Shown here: piece by piece, positions 50,841-62,443 of the stretch | How positions within the stretch are numbered: the stretch's first letter is position 1 | How the letters are laid out: the number at the start of each line of letters is the position of its first letter | Source of the DNA: Octopus sinensis | Lineage: Eukaryota | DNA length: 64,000 nt | Reading direction: 5' to 3' | NCBI RefSeq assembly: GCF_006345805.1 | Contig: NC_043016.1 | Location: 31,372,001-31,436,000, forward strand | Translations under genes and position numbers: made by a program | Notes under the pieces: generated by a model | Databases searched by the model: none | Seen by the model: the letters and a program-made list of their open reading frames with translations, nothing else | Told to the model about the DNA's origin: nothing

Positions 50841-51720
50841 AGAGTACCCACTATAAAGTGGTTCGTGTTAAGGAAGAGTATCCGGTTATAGATACCAAGC
50901 CAAAACAGATGACTGGAGCCTGGTGCAGCTCTCCAGCTTACCAGTTCCAGTCAAACCATTTAACGATTATTAAATGTTTAATAGTTGTGGCAATTTGAGA
51001 TTCTGTGTTCTAGTATTTAAACAAGCAGTGTTTTTTTTTTATGGTTTTAAAATACTTTACAAAGTAAAAACATGAGATAAAAACAATAGTTTATTAATTA
51101 AAAAGATTTTTATAATTACATTTTAACAATTGGTTTTGAAAAAAGAAGCAAAACATATTGTCATTAAAAACTTGTTATTCTCATATTTGCAATAAAATGC
51201 TTGTAGTAGATATTTAAAAAAAAACAAAACAAACAAACAAAATAATGACGAGTTCTTATACAATATATTACAAAGGCATAAGGCCTTGAAAGAGTCAACA
51301 TGATATGTCTTTACCAGGGATGAATGATTAAAAATGTAAATGAAACTGTTTCAAGTTGAAATTGAAACTTGTTGAAGAGTTGGGAACCATCACACTACAA
51401 TGATAGTTTATTTACATATGAATGAAGAATGACATTTTTTTTTTTAGGGTTTAGAAATGAAACTAATAGTGAGATGTCTTTTCCCAACAGCATGTTAATT
51501 AAATGACACACCCATAATTAAGAACAGAAATTAACCTACTCATTTTTGATTACCATACCTCTTTATCCCATTAGTCTTTCAACTTTAACTTAAGCACAAT
51601 AACTAAAAAAAAAAAGTTTAAAATCATCAATATATGAAAAATTTAACCAATCTAAATTATAAATTCTAAAGTATATTTTTTTCCTTCTAAATTATGAGTT
51701 GAAAAGATCTTTAGTATATA

Positions 51721-51910
51721 TCATTAGATGAGGAATGGCTAACTTTATTGTTGCATCCACTTCCTCTTCTCTTTTGTACTGAGATCTTTCCGCTTTTTGT
51801 TTTTGTTTTAATCGGTCCACCCCCCACACACACCTACATTATTGCCAAGTCTTATATTCTCTTTCTCCAGAAAGAGCAAAAATGCTTCTCTTAGCTGGAG
51901 CCTGAGCATT
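51721..51910 (+). pseudogene. inverted partial copy of the SIVA intron 1 / exon 2 junction
   Basis: Plus strand reads ...tctttctccag|AA AGA GCA AAA ATG CTT CTC TTA GCT GGA GCC TGA, paralogous to minus-strand 52400-52595 (about 80% by eye). Confidence 0.8.
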
Positions 51911-52226
51911 TGGCACGTTTTCTATGCAAAGGAAAAATAAATAAATAAAAGGTAAATTATAGAATGGAAAACAAAAATCATTAAATTATAAATATTGATT
52001 TTATCGTTGGATGAAGAAAAGATAAACAAGAGGTGAGGTTTGCTGAACTAGATATGGTAATGTCACATATTATCACTTGCAACACGTATATCAATTATCC
52101 TATGGTAAAAATTTTTTTTTTAATTTTAAATACGAAAAAACTTTAATAAAGTTTTTTCGTATTTAAAATTTAAAAAAAAATTTTTTTTTTTTACACAGAT
52201 TACAGTTAAATTATGCATGTTTTATG

Positions 52227-52447
52227 CTACTGAGAAACACTCTGACTCCAATTTGCTTTTCTGTAAGGAATCAGTTTCCCTGAGAAATCGATTTGACATT
52301 GCCCTCGTAGAATTTTCGGTTGACATGTATCTTCTTCAGAATCCGGTGTGTCATTTTCACTTGCACTGGGAGCAGATTTTACCAAGTTGCTGTTCTTGTC
52401 TTGATTGCTCAATAAGGCTCCAGCAAAGAGAAGCATTTTTGTTCTTT
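52227..52447 (-). CDS. SIVA1: SIVA-like exon 2 (read to the first stop)
   Basis: Strong acceptor ttctttcttccag|, phase 1. (E)RTKMLLFAGALLSNQDKNSNL...ILRGQCQIDFSGKLI compares with recalled human EKTKRLLFLGA...ARGQMLIGPDGRLI. The 3' boundary is uncertain. Confidence 0.8.
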
Positions 52448-53639
52448 CTGGAAGAAAGAAAGAAAGAGAATATAAGACTTGGCAATCATTTACAGGGGAA
52501 GCAGATGGCTGATTAAAAACAAAAAGGGTCTCGTAACAAAAGAGAATAAAAAGTGAATGCAACAATAAAAATTAGCCACTCCTCATCTAATGACATCTTG
52601 TTCTTGGTGGATGATATGACTTATCTTATGGACATAAGACTTGGCAATCATTTATAGGGGACATTTAGTAATCAATAGCATGAAGGTGAAGGTGCATGAG
52701 CTAGTAGTTATGGTGTTGCGCTCATGATCTAGCAATCATAGGTTCAATTTCCAGATCAGGCAGTATGTTGTGCTCTGGAGGCAAAACACTTCATTTTATG
52801 TTGCTCTGCATATGGGCAAGTGGTAAAATCACTGATGCATTGGCAGAAATGCTTTATGGTATGTCGTCCAGCTCTCTACATTCTGAGTTCAAATCCCACC
52901 TGCCTGGAGAAGGGGAAACCACACCAGTATTCATCCCTGGTCTAGTCATGGTAGCCAAAGTTCCAGTAATCTACTTAATGGCAGCAGGGTAGGGTAAGGG
53001 GCCCACCCAGGTTTTATAGAGTGCTGGACAAGGACTTTAAATTTTCTTAGACCCTAAGGACTTTTTCATTATATTTCTCCTGTTATATTGCTTATTTTTA
53101 AGGGTATAGTTGGAGAATACTGTAAATCTGATGTAACAAGTCTTTATAACATTCAACATGTTTTCCATGCTGTTGATGGTGTGACCGGAACTGTCCTGCT
53201 GAAGAGCTGCGCACATTCCATATCTGTTTTGGCATGGTTTCTAAGATTGGATGCCCTTCCTAATGCCAAATACTTTACTGGGTGCTTTTTACAGCACCAA
53301 CACCCACGAGCCCGCAAGGTTAGGAATGCTCAGCTGGAGAGTGATGCAGAGAACAACTTGTATGCAAGGACAACTACATTTTTAATTAGCTTGACATCAT
53401 CATCATCGTTTAACGTCCGCTTTCCATGCTAGCATGGGTTGGACGATTTGACTGGTCTGGTGCGAACCAGATGGCTGCACAAGACTCCAATCTGATCTGG
53501 CAGAGTTTCTACAGCTGGATACCCTTTCTAACGCCAACCACTCCGAGTGTAGTGGGTGCTTTTACATGCCACTGGCACGGGGCCAGTCAGGCGATACCAG
53601 CAACGGCCACACTCGTCTTTTAAAGCACAGCAAACTGCC

Positions 53640-54395
53640 AGGAGTCTCGGCATCTTGTCATCACCTCTGTGTCCCAATGTCTGTAGATCCTTTCTCACCA
53701 CTTCGTCTCATGTTTTCCTTAGTCAACCCCTTTCACATGTTCCCTCTGCAATTATAAATCAGTACCTATTGATGCAACTTATTTTCATTCATATGCATTA
53801 CATGGCCATACCAGCAGTCTTCTCTCTTGCATGCTACATCTAATGCTAGGCAGCATACCCAGTTTTTCTCTCAAATCACTTACACTCAGGTGAATATATT
53901 ACAAATCCAGCGGAGCGTACTGGTTTCATGCCCTTCAAGTCTTTGCATATCCTCAGTAGTCACAACCCATGTCTTGCTACCATGTTGCATAGCCATTCAT
54001 ATACAGGCACCATGCAAACTGCCTTTCACTCTGAGGGAGAGGCCCTTTGTAACTAACAGAGGTAGTAGCTCTTTGAATTTCACCCAGCCTATTCTTATTC
54101 TAGCAGCTATGCTTTCGGAACAAGCTCCTCCACTACTAACGTCACCTAAGTAATGGAAATTGTCTACTACTTCTAAGGATCCCCCGCTGACATTTGAGGG
54201 AGTCTATTTTTTTTGTACATTCTTGGTGTTTAATGTACCTGCACATCTGCCACATGTAAAGACTACTTTCTCTGTTAGTCTTCCAGTGATACTGCTGCAT
54301 CTTGTATGTGTCCATAGCTTGCACCAGGTACACTTTATGGAGTTTCTAGCGACACCTTTTCTACATATCAAGCTGGGCCATTATCCTCAAGTATG
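53640..54395 (-). mobile_element. RTE-clade LINE RT/thumb fragment with Cys-rich insertion
   Basis: Minus strand reads ...CKLWTHTRCS...FTCGRC...LEVVDNFHYLGD...RIRIGWVKFKELLPLLVTKGLSLRVKG..., continuing to an RTE 3' end. Confidence 0.82.
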
Positions 54396-54676
54396 AAGTA
54401 AAGCTGTTAAAGTTTTAACCTCCAGTCTCTGTTAATCTTATTTTCAGGTGGAATCTTTCCCTCTTTTTCCATTGCAACAAACATACATTTTCACACTATT
54501 AACATGTAATTACCAACAGGTCGTGAAACTTGAAAACGAAAATGTCAAAAATTATTTGTTTGTCTCTGTACCCAAGCTCAAGTTTTGATTTTTCAAAGAA
54601 CTGTTACTTTCTGATGTTGTCAACTTTTCTACATCCATGACAAAGAAAACATTTCCTATCAATATTTCTGGAATAT

Positions 54677-55582
54677 GGCGGAGGTAAAGATCATGGACCG
54701 CACCCCCTTTAGGATTTTTTTTCATGGGAACACACTATATAGATGGCGGAGATTCTGAACCTGCCAAAAAAAATTTTTTAAATGCATTTCAAAATTAGAC
54801 CCACCCCCCATTTCTTAAATTTTCACTTAAAAAAAAAATTGGGGGCGAAATCCGTAGAAAAATATGGAGATTATGATTCTGAAAAAAAAAATTTGCAAAA
54901 TTTCAATTTTTCAAAAAAAAAAAATAAATAAACATAACCCATGTTGTGGTTGAGGGTCTTTTGGGATTAAAAGAGGTATGTAAAAATTAGATTTTTTTCA
55001 CACACACAACAAAATGACATTAAAATTTTTTTTTGGTAATTCGTATTTAGAAAGTTGATACTCGGTTTGGCTGTTGTTACTAGCTTATCAGATTTCCGGT
55101 TGGGGCGTACTGAAAATTGAAGATTTTGAAAACCCCAAAACATGTTTTCATTCTTTGCCCCTCTGGCAAAGAAAAAAAGGGGATGGGGGAATTTCCCTTT
55201 CTGTTATAGGGTGGAGAGGGGGAGTGTTTGTTATTTTTTGTTGTTGTTGAAAAATTGGAATTTTACAATTTTTTTTAGAATCATCTCCGTATTTCGCCAA
55301 AAAATATCTCTAAAATAAGTGAAAAATGAAGAAATTGGGGATGGGTTTAAGTTTTGAAATGTTTTCTTCTTTGGTAATTCGTATAAAAATTTTGAAAATG
55401 TGTTTCTAGCAGGTCAGGTTTTCTGTTTAGATACTTTTTGCGTCTGCTATTTTATAATCCTCCACATTCATGAAACATTGTAGAGAAAACACTTTTAATT
55501 TCACTTCGTGGGCGATGTTTCGCTTGTCGTAACACACGTTTCCGTCGATTTCCGTAAAAATTGTAAACACTGAATCGGCCAT

Positions 55583-55613
<31 letters not shown>

Positions 55614-56204
55614 TAGATACATACACACACACATAGATACATACACACACACATACATGCAGACATACATATACACATACACCGAGTAAAAAATTTCAGT
55701 TATCTCTCTTTCACACATTACTCTCTCTGTCTCTTCGCACACACTAACAGAAGCACTTCACTTACACAACATACTGTCTGTCTCCCACACCCCATCAAAC
55801 ACACACACGGGGACTTCAAAGAGAAATTTCCTCGTCATAAAACCGCTTCCTCTTAGTCTCTTTCGCTCTCATTACTTATGTAAAAAAATAAAAGTTTTTT
55901 ACGGAAATCGACGGAAACTTGTGCTACGACAAGCGAAACATCGCCACTTCGTGTCATAGGGCGGAGACAATTTTTTTTTTCTTTCAGAATCATAATCTCC
56001 GTATTTTTTTACGTATTTCGCCCGCCAAATTTTCTTTCAAAAAGTGAAAATTCAAGAAGTTGGTGGTGATGGTGGGGTTAAATTTTGAAATGCAGATTTT
56101 TTTTTTTTTGCAGATTCGGAATCTCCGCCCTCGACATAGTGTGTTCCTGTAGAAGAAAAAAAAAAAACCCAGGGGGGTGCGGGTCCATGATCTTTACCTC
56201 CGCC
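54677..56204. mobile_element. non-autonomous DNA transposon with about 220 bp imperfect TIRs (MULE/foldback-like)
   Basis: GGCGGAGGTAAAGATCATGGACCGCACCCC ... GGGGTGCGGGTCCATGATCTTTACCTCCGCC; no TSD seen. Confidence 0.75.
55511..55945. mobile_element. nested MITE with 50 bp TIRs and 8 bp TSD
   Basis: GGCGATGTTTCGCTTGTCGT ... ACGACAAGCGAAACATCGCC, flanked by ACTTCGTG at 55503-55510 and 55946-55953. Confidence 0.85.
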
Positions 56205-56290
56205 AAAAAGGCGATCATTCCACTTTTTGTTGCATTTGAACCTAGCTCCTACTACCGTTAGATCTATGCAAGAAAAAACGGTAAAACTAT

Positions 56291-56531
56291 CTCGTATGGA
56301 AAACCCATGACAATACTTTAAATAAATTTTAAAATTGTCATAGGCTTCAAGAAGTTTCACTGAAAATCTACGCATGTGGTGCCCAAAAGGATTGTTTAAT
56401 TCGTTTGACGCGTGCGCAAACGAATTTAACCCTTTTGGGCACCACATGCGTAGGTTTTCAGTGAAAACATCTCGAAGCTTATAACGACTTTTAAATTTAT
56501 TTAAAGTATTGTCATGGGTTTTCCCTACGAG
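56291..56531. repeat. 240 bp imperfect palindrome (fold-back MITE)
   Basis: About 115 bp arms centred near 56411 (AATTCGTTTG...CAAACGAATT). Confidence 0.85.
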
Positions 56532-57249
56532 GACGATCATAGGCCTGTTCAGTCATGGTTTACCTGTGGCTAAACATCAAAACAACTAAAAGACAGCTTT
56601 AAGTGGTCCTTCAACTGTCAGTCTTAAATAAAGGCAATGTAACCAAAGATTCTCTAAAAAGAGGAGATGGCCACGACTGAAATGCTTTTGATTATTGGCC
56701 TGATCTGGGTTAAAAAATAACACTTATATTTCCCACGAACAAACGAGAAAGTCTGAACGTGGACGTCCGAACTTAGCAACCAAATTTCCTTAGGAACACA
56801 CTTGGAAACAACGTAGTTTCAAATACCCATAAAAAGTAAAAGTAAAAGAAAAAGTGATTACAGGTGGATTACTTTTGATCAGAGGTCTGTTCGATCACAG
56901 TTGACTGAGTATGAACAACAAAATATATATTAAAAGATTGTATGAATGAATAAAATAAAAATAAACAAAATTAGATGGTCACATGGAACGTTTTTCATCA
57001 GATCTGCTCACAACATGGCAGCATATCAACAGATAATTTACAATAAATGTACACGATAAAAAAAGTAAACAAGTTGACTTTTAACAATGTTTCAAGTAGT
57101 ATATGATAAAACTGATGAACAAAATTAGTACTGACAGACCATTATTCTTTTTAGTGTTTATATTCGATGTCTGGTGTTTTGAACACTAAAAAAACAAAAT
57201 GGTTGTAATTTGTTGTCATTTTAAGCGATATATAGTCTAAAGAACTCAC

Positions 57250-57358
57250 CATAAACTCCTTCCATGTTCCCAGAAACACCATTATCGACTTCTTTCACAC
57301 CAACATGTATTTTCTTTTGGATGGGGGGTTCAAAAAACGGGCAGCTACGTTTACCCAT
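57250..57358 (-). CDS. SIVA1: SIVA-like exon 1
   Basis: acaATGg start and G|gtgagt donor. MGKRSCPFFEPPIQKKIHVGVKEVDNGVSGNMEGVY compares with recalled human [29 protein letters not shown]. Phase 1 matches exon 2. Confidence 0.88.
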
Positions 57359-57359
57359 T

Positions 57360-57950
57360 GTACACGACAAAACCGCGCGAAACACAACAGCGACAATGTT
57401 GTTACATAAAGCTATTTACTGCGTTGGTAGTGAAATGCCGTCACACGAAAATAGACCGATGAAAAATTCGACTTCAGAGGGCGTTAAATAACTAGTCCCT
57501 TCTAAAATGGAACCCAAACCAAAATATATATATATATGTATAAAAATAAAATAAAAAGATTTTGCAGAGAGCTACTAGACGGAATCTCCGATTACGATGA
57601 GACTTTGCATGACGGGAAACAAAATGTTCAGATTCCGAGCATACAGGTCTCTAAAAGATTTATTTATTTATTTGGTAATATATTTATTTATAAGTGCTTT
57701 CTTTTTTTATAGATGTCTTTTCTCTTGAAAGTAATTAAGGAAGGGCTCCAAGTGTAATTACACCTCATTTAATTAAACTTGACGGTTCCCCTCCCTCCCA
57801 GCTAATCGTTTAAGAAGCGACCTCACTACCCACAATATAGTTGTAGTTAGCTACGAAGAGGTAAACAGTCATCTGAGTTCTGTCTGGTTAAGTACGTCAA
57901 TATTTTTATTTATACATCGTCGGCTACAAGTAAAGGATCTATTCCATTCG
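57360..57950. promoter_or_regulatory. CpG-retaining 5' UTR / promoter region of the SIVA-like gene
   Basis: Unique sequence with visibly more CpG (e.g. CCGCGCG, GCCG, CGTCGG) than the surrounding introns, directly upstream of the ATG. Confidence 0.5.
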
Positions 57951-58467
57951 TTTGAAGTGGATAAGCAACCAGACGAGATCTCTGATTTTAGTACATAATA
58001 TTCGTATCAGCATTTCGTTTCCTTTTCTTTTTTTTTTTTCGTTTTATTTTATAAAGTTGCTTAAGAGGGGAATTGAAGCAATCTCCATGCCCTTATTCTT
58101 TTGTTCCAGTCATTTGACCGCGGCCATGCTGGAGCACGCCTTTAGTTGAGCAAATCGACCTAAGGACTTATTCTTTGTATGCCTAGTATATCAGTGTAAC
58201 ATAACTGTCACTTATAGACCCACGTGGGTTTATTTACATTTCTGAAGAAAAAAGATACCCTTCCCCCACCCTTAACCCTAACCTCACATATATAAAAAAA
58301 TAAAAATTTTACGGAAAGTGACGATCTTCAAGTGTAAACAAATACATGTGACGTAAATGGGACTCATATCGAAAGTATGCCTCGGTGTCTTTTGACGAAC
58401 CGCTAAGTTACGGTGACGAATACACATACACGACGGGCTTCTTTCAGTTTTCGTATACACCACATGC

Positions 58468-61400
58468 CATAACAGCACACGCCCCCCCTCACCCGATCTA
58501 AACATCATTCATCTAACCTGCCCATGCCTTCTTCTCAACTCCGACCACATGCCTTAACTTGTCTTGTAATCAGCCAACTAGCAAGGAAGGCACCGCTCCC
58601 GCTGTGGAAGTTCAGGACTGACCTCAGTTCCTAGCATGTTCCTGCTGGCTTTGACCTCTTGTCCATTATTGTTGGCCCCATCCTCCATCGCAGTGATGAT
58701 CCTGCACACATCCCAAACATGTCATAGTATGCCATCTATGGATACGTTGTTTCTCGAATTCACAGAGGCTATTGTCCCCTTTTCCCATTGTGATGTGCAC
58801 TGTGCATTTGGGGGCTTAACCCAGACTTCTCTGACCTGCACAATGGCATGCTCCTTCTCTTCTGCAGGATGCAGCGATACAGTACATGGATGCCTCCACT
58901 CATACTTGAATATTGCCCCGTGTGGCACTGACTCCTCAGCCTGTCCCATCCTGGGCGACATATTATACCAAAAAATGGCCTCGACCAGTGAGATGTGGCC
59001 CCTCTCTGCTATGGTCTTGATGGTACGATGATGCCTCTCCACAACCCCATTGCCACTTGGCTGGTATGCTGCCCTGAAAAAACAGCTGACATGCCACTTG
59101 TTGAGCATTTCCCCCAGCACCTCCGAGCAAAACACAGTGCCATTGTCAAAAAGCAGCTCATCCACAGGGCCCCGTTCTAGGAATACTTCATTCAGTATTC
59201 TTGTGATTTCCTCCCAGGTCCCTGTCTTCATCTCCCTCCATATGGCCAACCGCCCCGGTCCGCAATCAACCATTGAGTGGTATGTCCCCTGCTGGTAAGG
59301 CATCACGTCCACTACCAGTCGATTCCAGTTGTGTTCCACTGGAATGCTTCCTGTCTCATGCACACCTGGAGCGGGGTCAATGGACTGGCACCTGTCGCAG
59401 CTCCCAACTGCTCTTTGTATACTCTCCCTGGTCATGTCAGAGTTAACTTTCCTGGCTAGGAACAGGGTCCTGTCCACCTCCATGTGATGCATGGTATGCA
59501 ATCTCCTCAGTTCTGAGTCACTCAGTCGACACACCACAGCCACTCCTTACTCTAGATCCTCTGGCACCTGCAACCAGGCTTTCTTTACTCTAGTCAGGAT
59601 GTCCGCTCTATTCCTCTCTGAGGGCACAAAAATCACACTCAGTCTCAGGTCAAATTCAGCAGCTAGTTTGCCCAGAATTCCCAGCCGGCATTTTATCAGC
59701 ATCTCTGCACCCTCTGCTTGCCTGTGATCACTGATCCCACCCACCTAAGTACAGTGGCCGAATTGGTCTGGATCTCGATGGTATGCAGCCCCCACCTCAG
59801 GGCCAGGTTCAGCCCTTTCAGCATGGCATCCAGCTCCGCTACGTTGATGTGGTTGCAGTCGTCCTTCTTTCTAGGCCAGGCCGCATCCTCCACCATGACA
59901 CCTCCAATTTCCAGGACAACTTCCGTCGCTATGCTGCTGGCATCACAGCACACGATCCCCTTCTTCAATTTGGGCACATACCAGTTCCCTCTTACTGGGT
60001 CCTCCACAGTCACCCTCTCCAAGACTTCTTGCATCATGATGGTTGTCTTCTCGCCCACGTTATCACTCCACCTCACTCCTTCAGCTCACCATGCCATCCG
60101 GATCCATCCTGCAATCAGGTAGTATCCCAACAGCTTCCCACACACAGAAAATAGTTCCTGCCATCTCGTCTTTGAGCCCTGTTCTGGGATCTCATTCCCT
60201 CTCTGAAACACGAACACGCAAGCCTTGTCGCTCCATAGCTTGAGTCCCAGGGCAGCTCCTCCTTCCATTGCCTCTGGTGGTTTGGCAGTTAACCCAAAAC
60301 TCCTCAGGTGGCTTATGACCTCATTTGCCAACACTTTGCTCTCATCCACCAGGATGTCATCGATATAGGTATTGGTGGTTCTTTTCACTTTGTCGGCCTT
60401 TCCCAGGATGGTCTTGAGAATTGTCGCCATAATCTTCAGTGCTGAATTCAGCCCGGATCCCAACCTGGTCAGGCTGTATGTCTGTCCTTTATACCTTACC
60501 AGCTGGTATTTCCACAGTCTCTTAGCCACATGCAGCTGCAGGTATACCAACTTCAAGTTGACGATTGTAGAGGCCCCCGTTGTCTGCCTCCACTCTCTCA
60601 AGGTTTCATTACAAATGTCCGTAGCTTCACCGCCCATATGGCACAATACGTAGTTATTCAGCTCCCGGAAATCCCGTACTGGCCTGATTTTATGTTTCGT
60701 CAGCTGCACCACTGCCATCAGCAGTAGCACTCCAGTCTTCACTTCCTCCTTCCAAGGAATCTGATCACCTTCCTTGATACACCAGTCCACTTCTCCCTCG
60801 AACTCGCTTCTGGCATCCCCTTTCAGTGTATGCTGATAGCAGCCTACTGCATTCTTCAGTGTTGGAGGACCTCCCTTCCATTACCATTCCACTGTCCACT
60901 GCCAGCCATCGAACACAGCTCGAAAATCTTTGTCTGTGATGGTGTGTGCAGCATATTTTTCTTTGCAGCTCTCACCACTCTCCTGTCATGAACTCACAGT
61001 GCATAGCACCCCCGCATCATCGAACACTACACTGGCTTCTTTGACTGTAACACCTCCCAAGTGGACAATGGGATCTATCCCCATCACAACATCGATCCCA
61101 TCCACTACATGATCAATTACAATAGCCCACAACCTCAATCTTGTTCCTCGTATCACCATCTCCACATCGGTACTTCCTCTGCATTCAACTTCCGTACCAT
61201 CAACAGCCCTTACACTACTCACTCCACTCCATTCTTCTACCACTTCTGGAGTCATTAGGGTTGTTGAGCAGCCTGTGTCCACGAGGGCTTGTGACACCTT
61301 TCTGTTCACCATGACTTCTACTGGCAACGGCTGTAAACACGCCTCTATTCCTTCAATGGGACAATTACCAGTGCAATAGTCTCCCTTGGACCGTTTCCCT

Positions 61401-62443
61401 GCACACATTCACTAGCGATGTGGCATATCTGTCTGTATCTATAGCAAATCGCTCCAGGCCTGGGTTCCCTTCTTTCCCTTGCCATGTGCAAACCCTGACA
61501 CCGAAAACACTGCCCTTTGAAGAGTCACGCTTGTTCCGTGTTCGACCCCTCTCTGCTGTTCTTTGGTCATCCCCTTCTCAGTGTTGCAGTTGCTGCCAAA
61601 GGTATCATCCTGTAACACAAGACAATAGCTCTGGCCCATGAGATTATCTCTCCCATTGCCATAGAGTGAATATTCGGCAGCTTTTGCAGCTCGACCGACA
61701 TGTGGTCAGGAAATCCTGTTACAAAGGCTAATTTTATGGTTTGTTCTAATGCGCCATCTCTTTATCCCATGAGTCTAGCCAATCTCCTGATTTCATTGGC
61801 AAACACATTGACCTGTTCACCCATCCACTTTGTTTTCCCCAGTCAACCACATGCCATAAATGGCCCTTCTGCGAAAGCCTCCATCAGCTAGTCTTCTATT
61901 TTTTCTGCACCCAACTGGTCCTTCTCTTCCATTTCCAGGTATAGCGCCAACACCGATCCATCAAGGTACAGCAGTATAAAACCCACTAGATCATCTATAC
62001 CTTGGAGTCTTTCCACGAACTTAATTTTTAGCAGCAAAGCAGTCACATCTCCCTTGCCACAAAATGGCCTAACCGTCTCATTCGAAACACGGTCCAAACT
62101 CATTTTTTTTCTTGTTTGAGCTGAAATAGCTTGTGATGTAAAAGAAGAAAAAAGACAGAAGCAAAGAGAGAATTATGGTAGTCTTTCCCGGAGAAAGGGT
62201 CTACATCCACGTGCTGTCACGATCTCCAAGGTTCACTCCACATCTACGTGCACTATCCGATGCTCTACCTTCTCACACGCCCACTCTGATGTGCTGTTCG
62301 GCTGCTGACTGACCCTCGTGCTTCACTGAATGCCACATGTCCACTGCAGCACTTCTGGTGGGTTCCACAGGCCCCACTTCTGACAGGACATGCCTACTCC
62401 CTCACTTCTGATCCTTCCCTACAACACAGCCTGGCTCATAACA
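58468..62443 (-). mobile_element. Ty3/Gypsy LTR retrotransposon (frameshifted), one LTR
   Basis: gag (from 62103), protease LVDTGC (60986-61408), RT YIDD (60086-60790), RNase H CCDASS/HINVAELDA, and integrase with HH..CDRC zinc finger and D-D-E (58722-59543). The LTR-like block spans about 62130-62443 and starts TGTTATG. Confidence 0.92.

Noticed and set aside
51290-51340. FIPGKDIS resembling a piggyBac transposase motif
   Set aside because: Followed by a stop and needs a frameshift; no flanking transposase similarity.
51558-51602. 44 nt minus-strand segment with good acceptor and donor
   Set aside because: Stops in all three frames; at most a non-coding or poison exon, unsupported without RNA data.
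52217-52516. Plus-strand ORF with trypsin-like DIALV...PVC words
   Set aside because: It is the antisense of SIVA exon 2, which has much stronger support; no catalytic His or Ser motifs.
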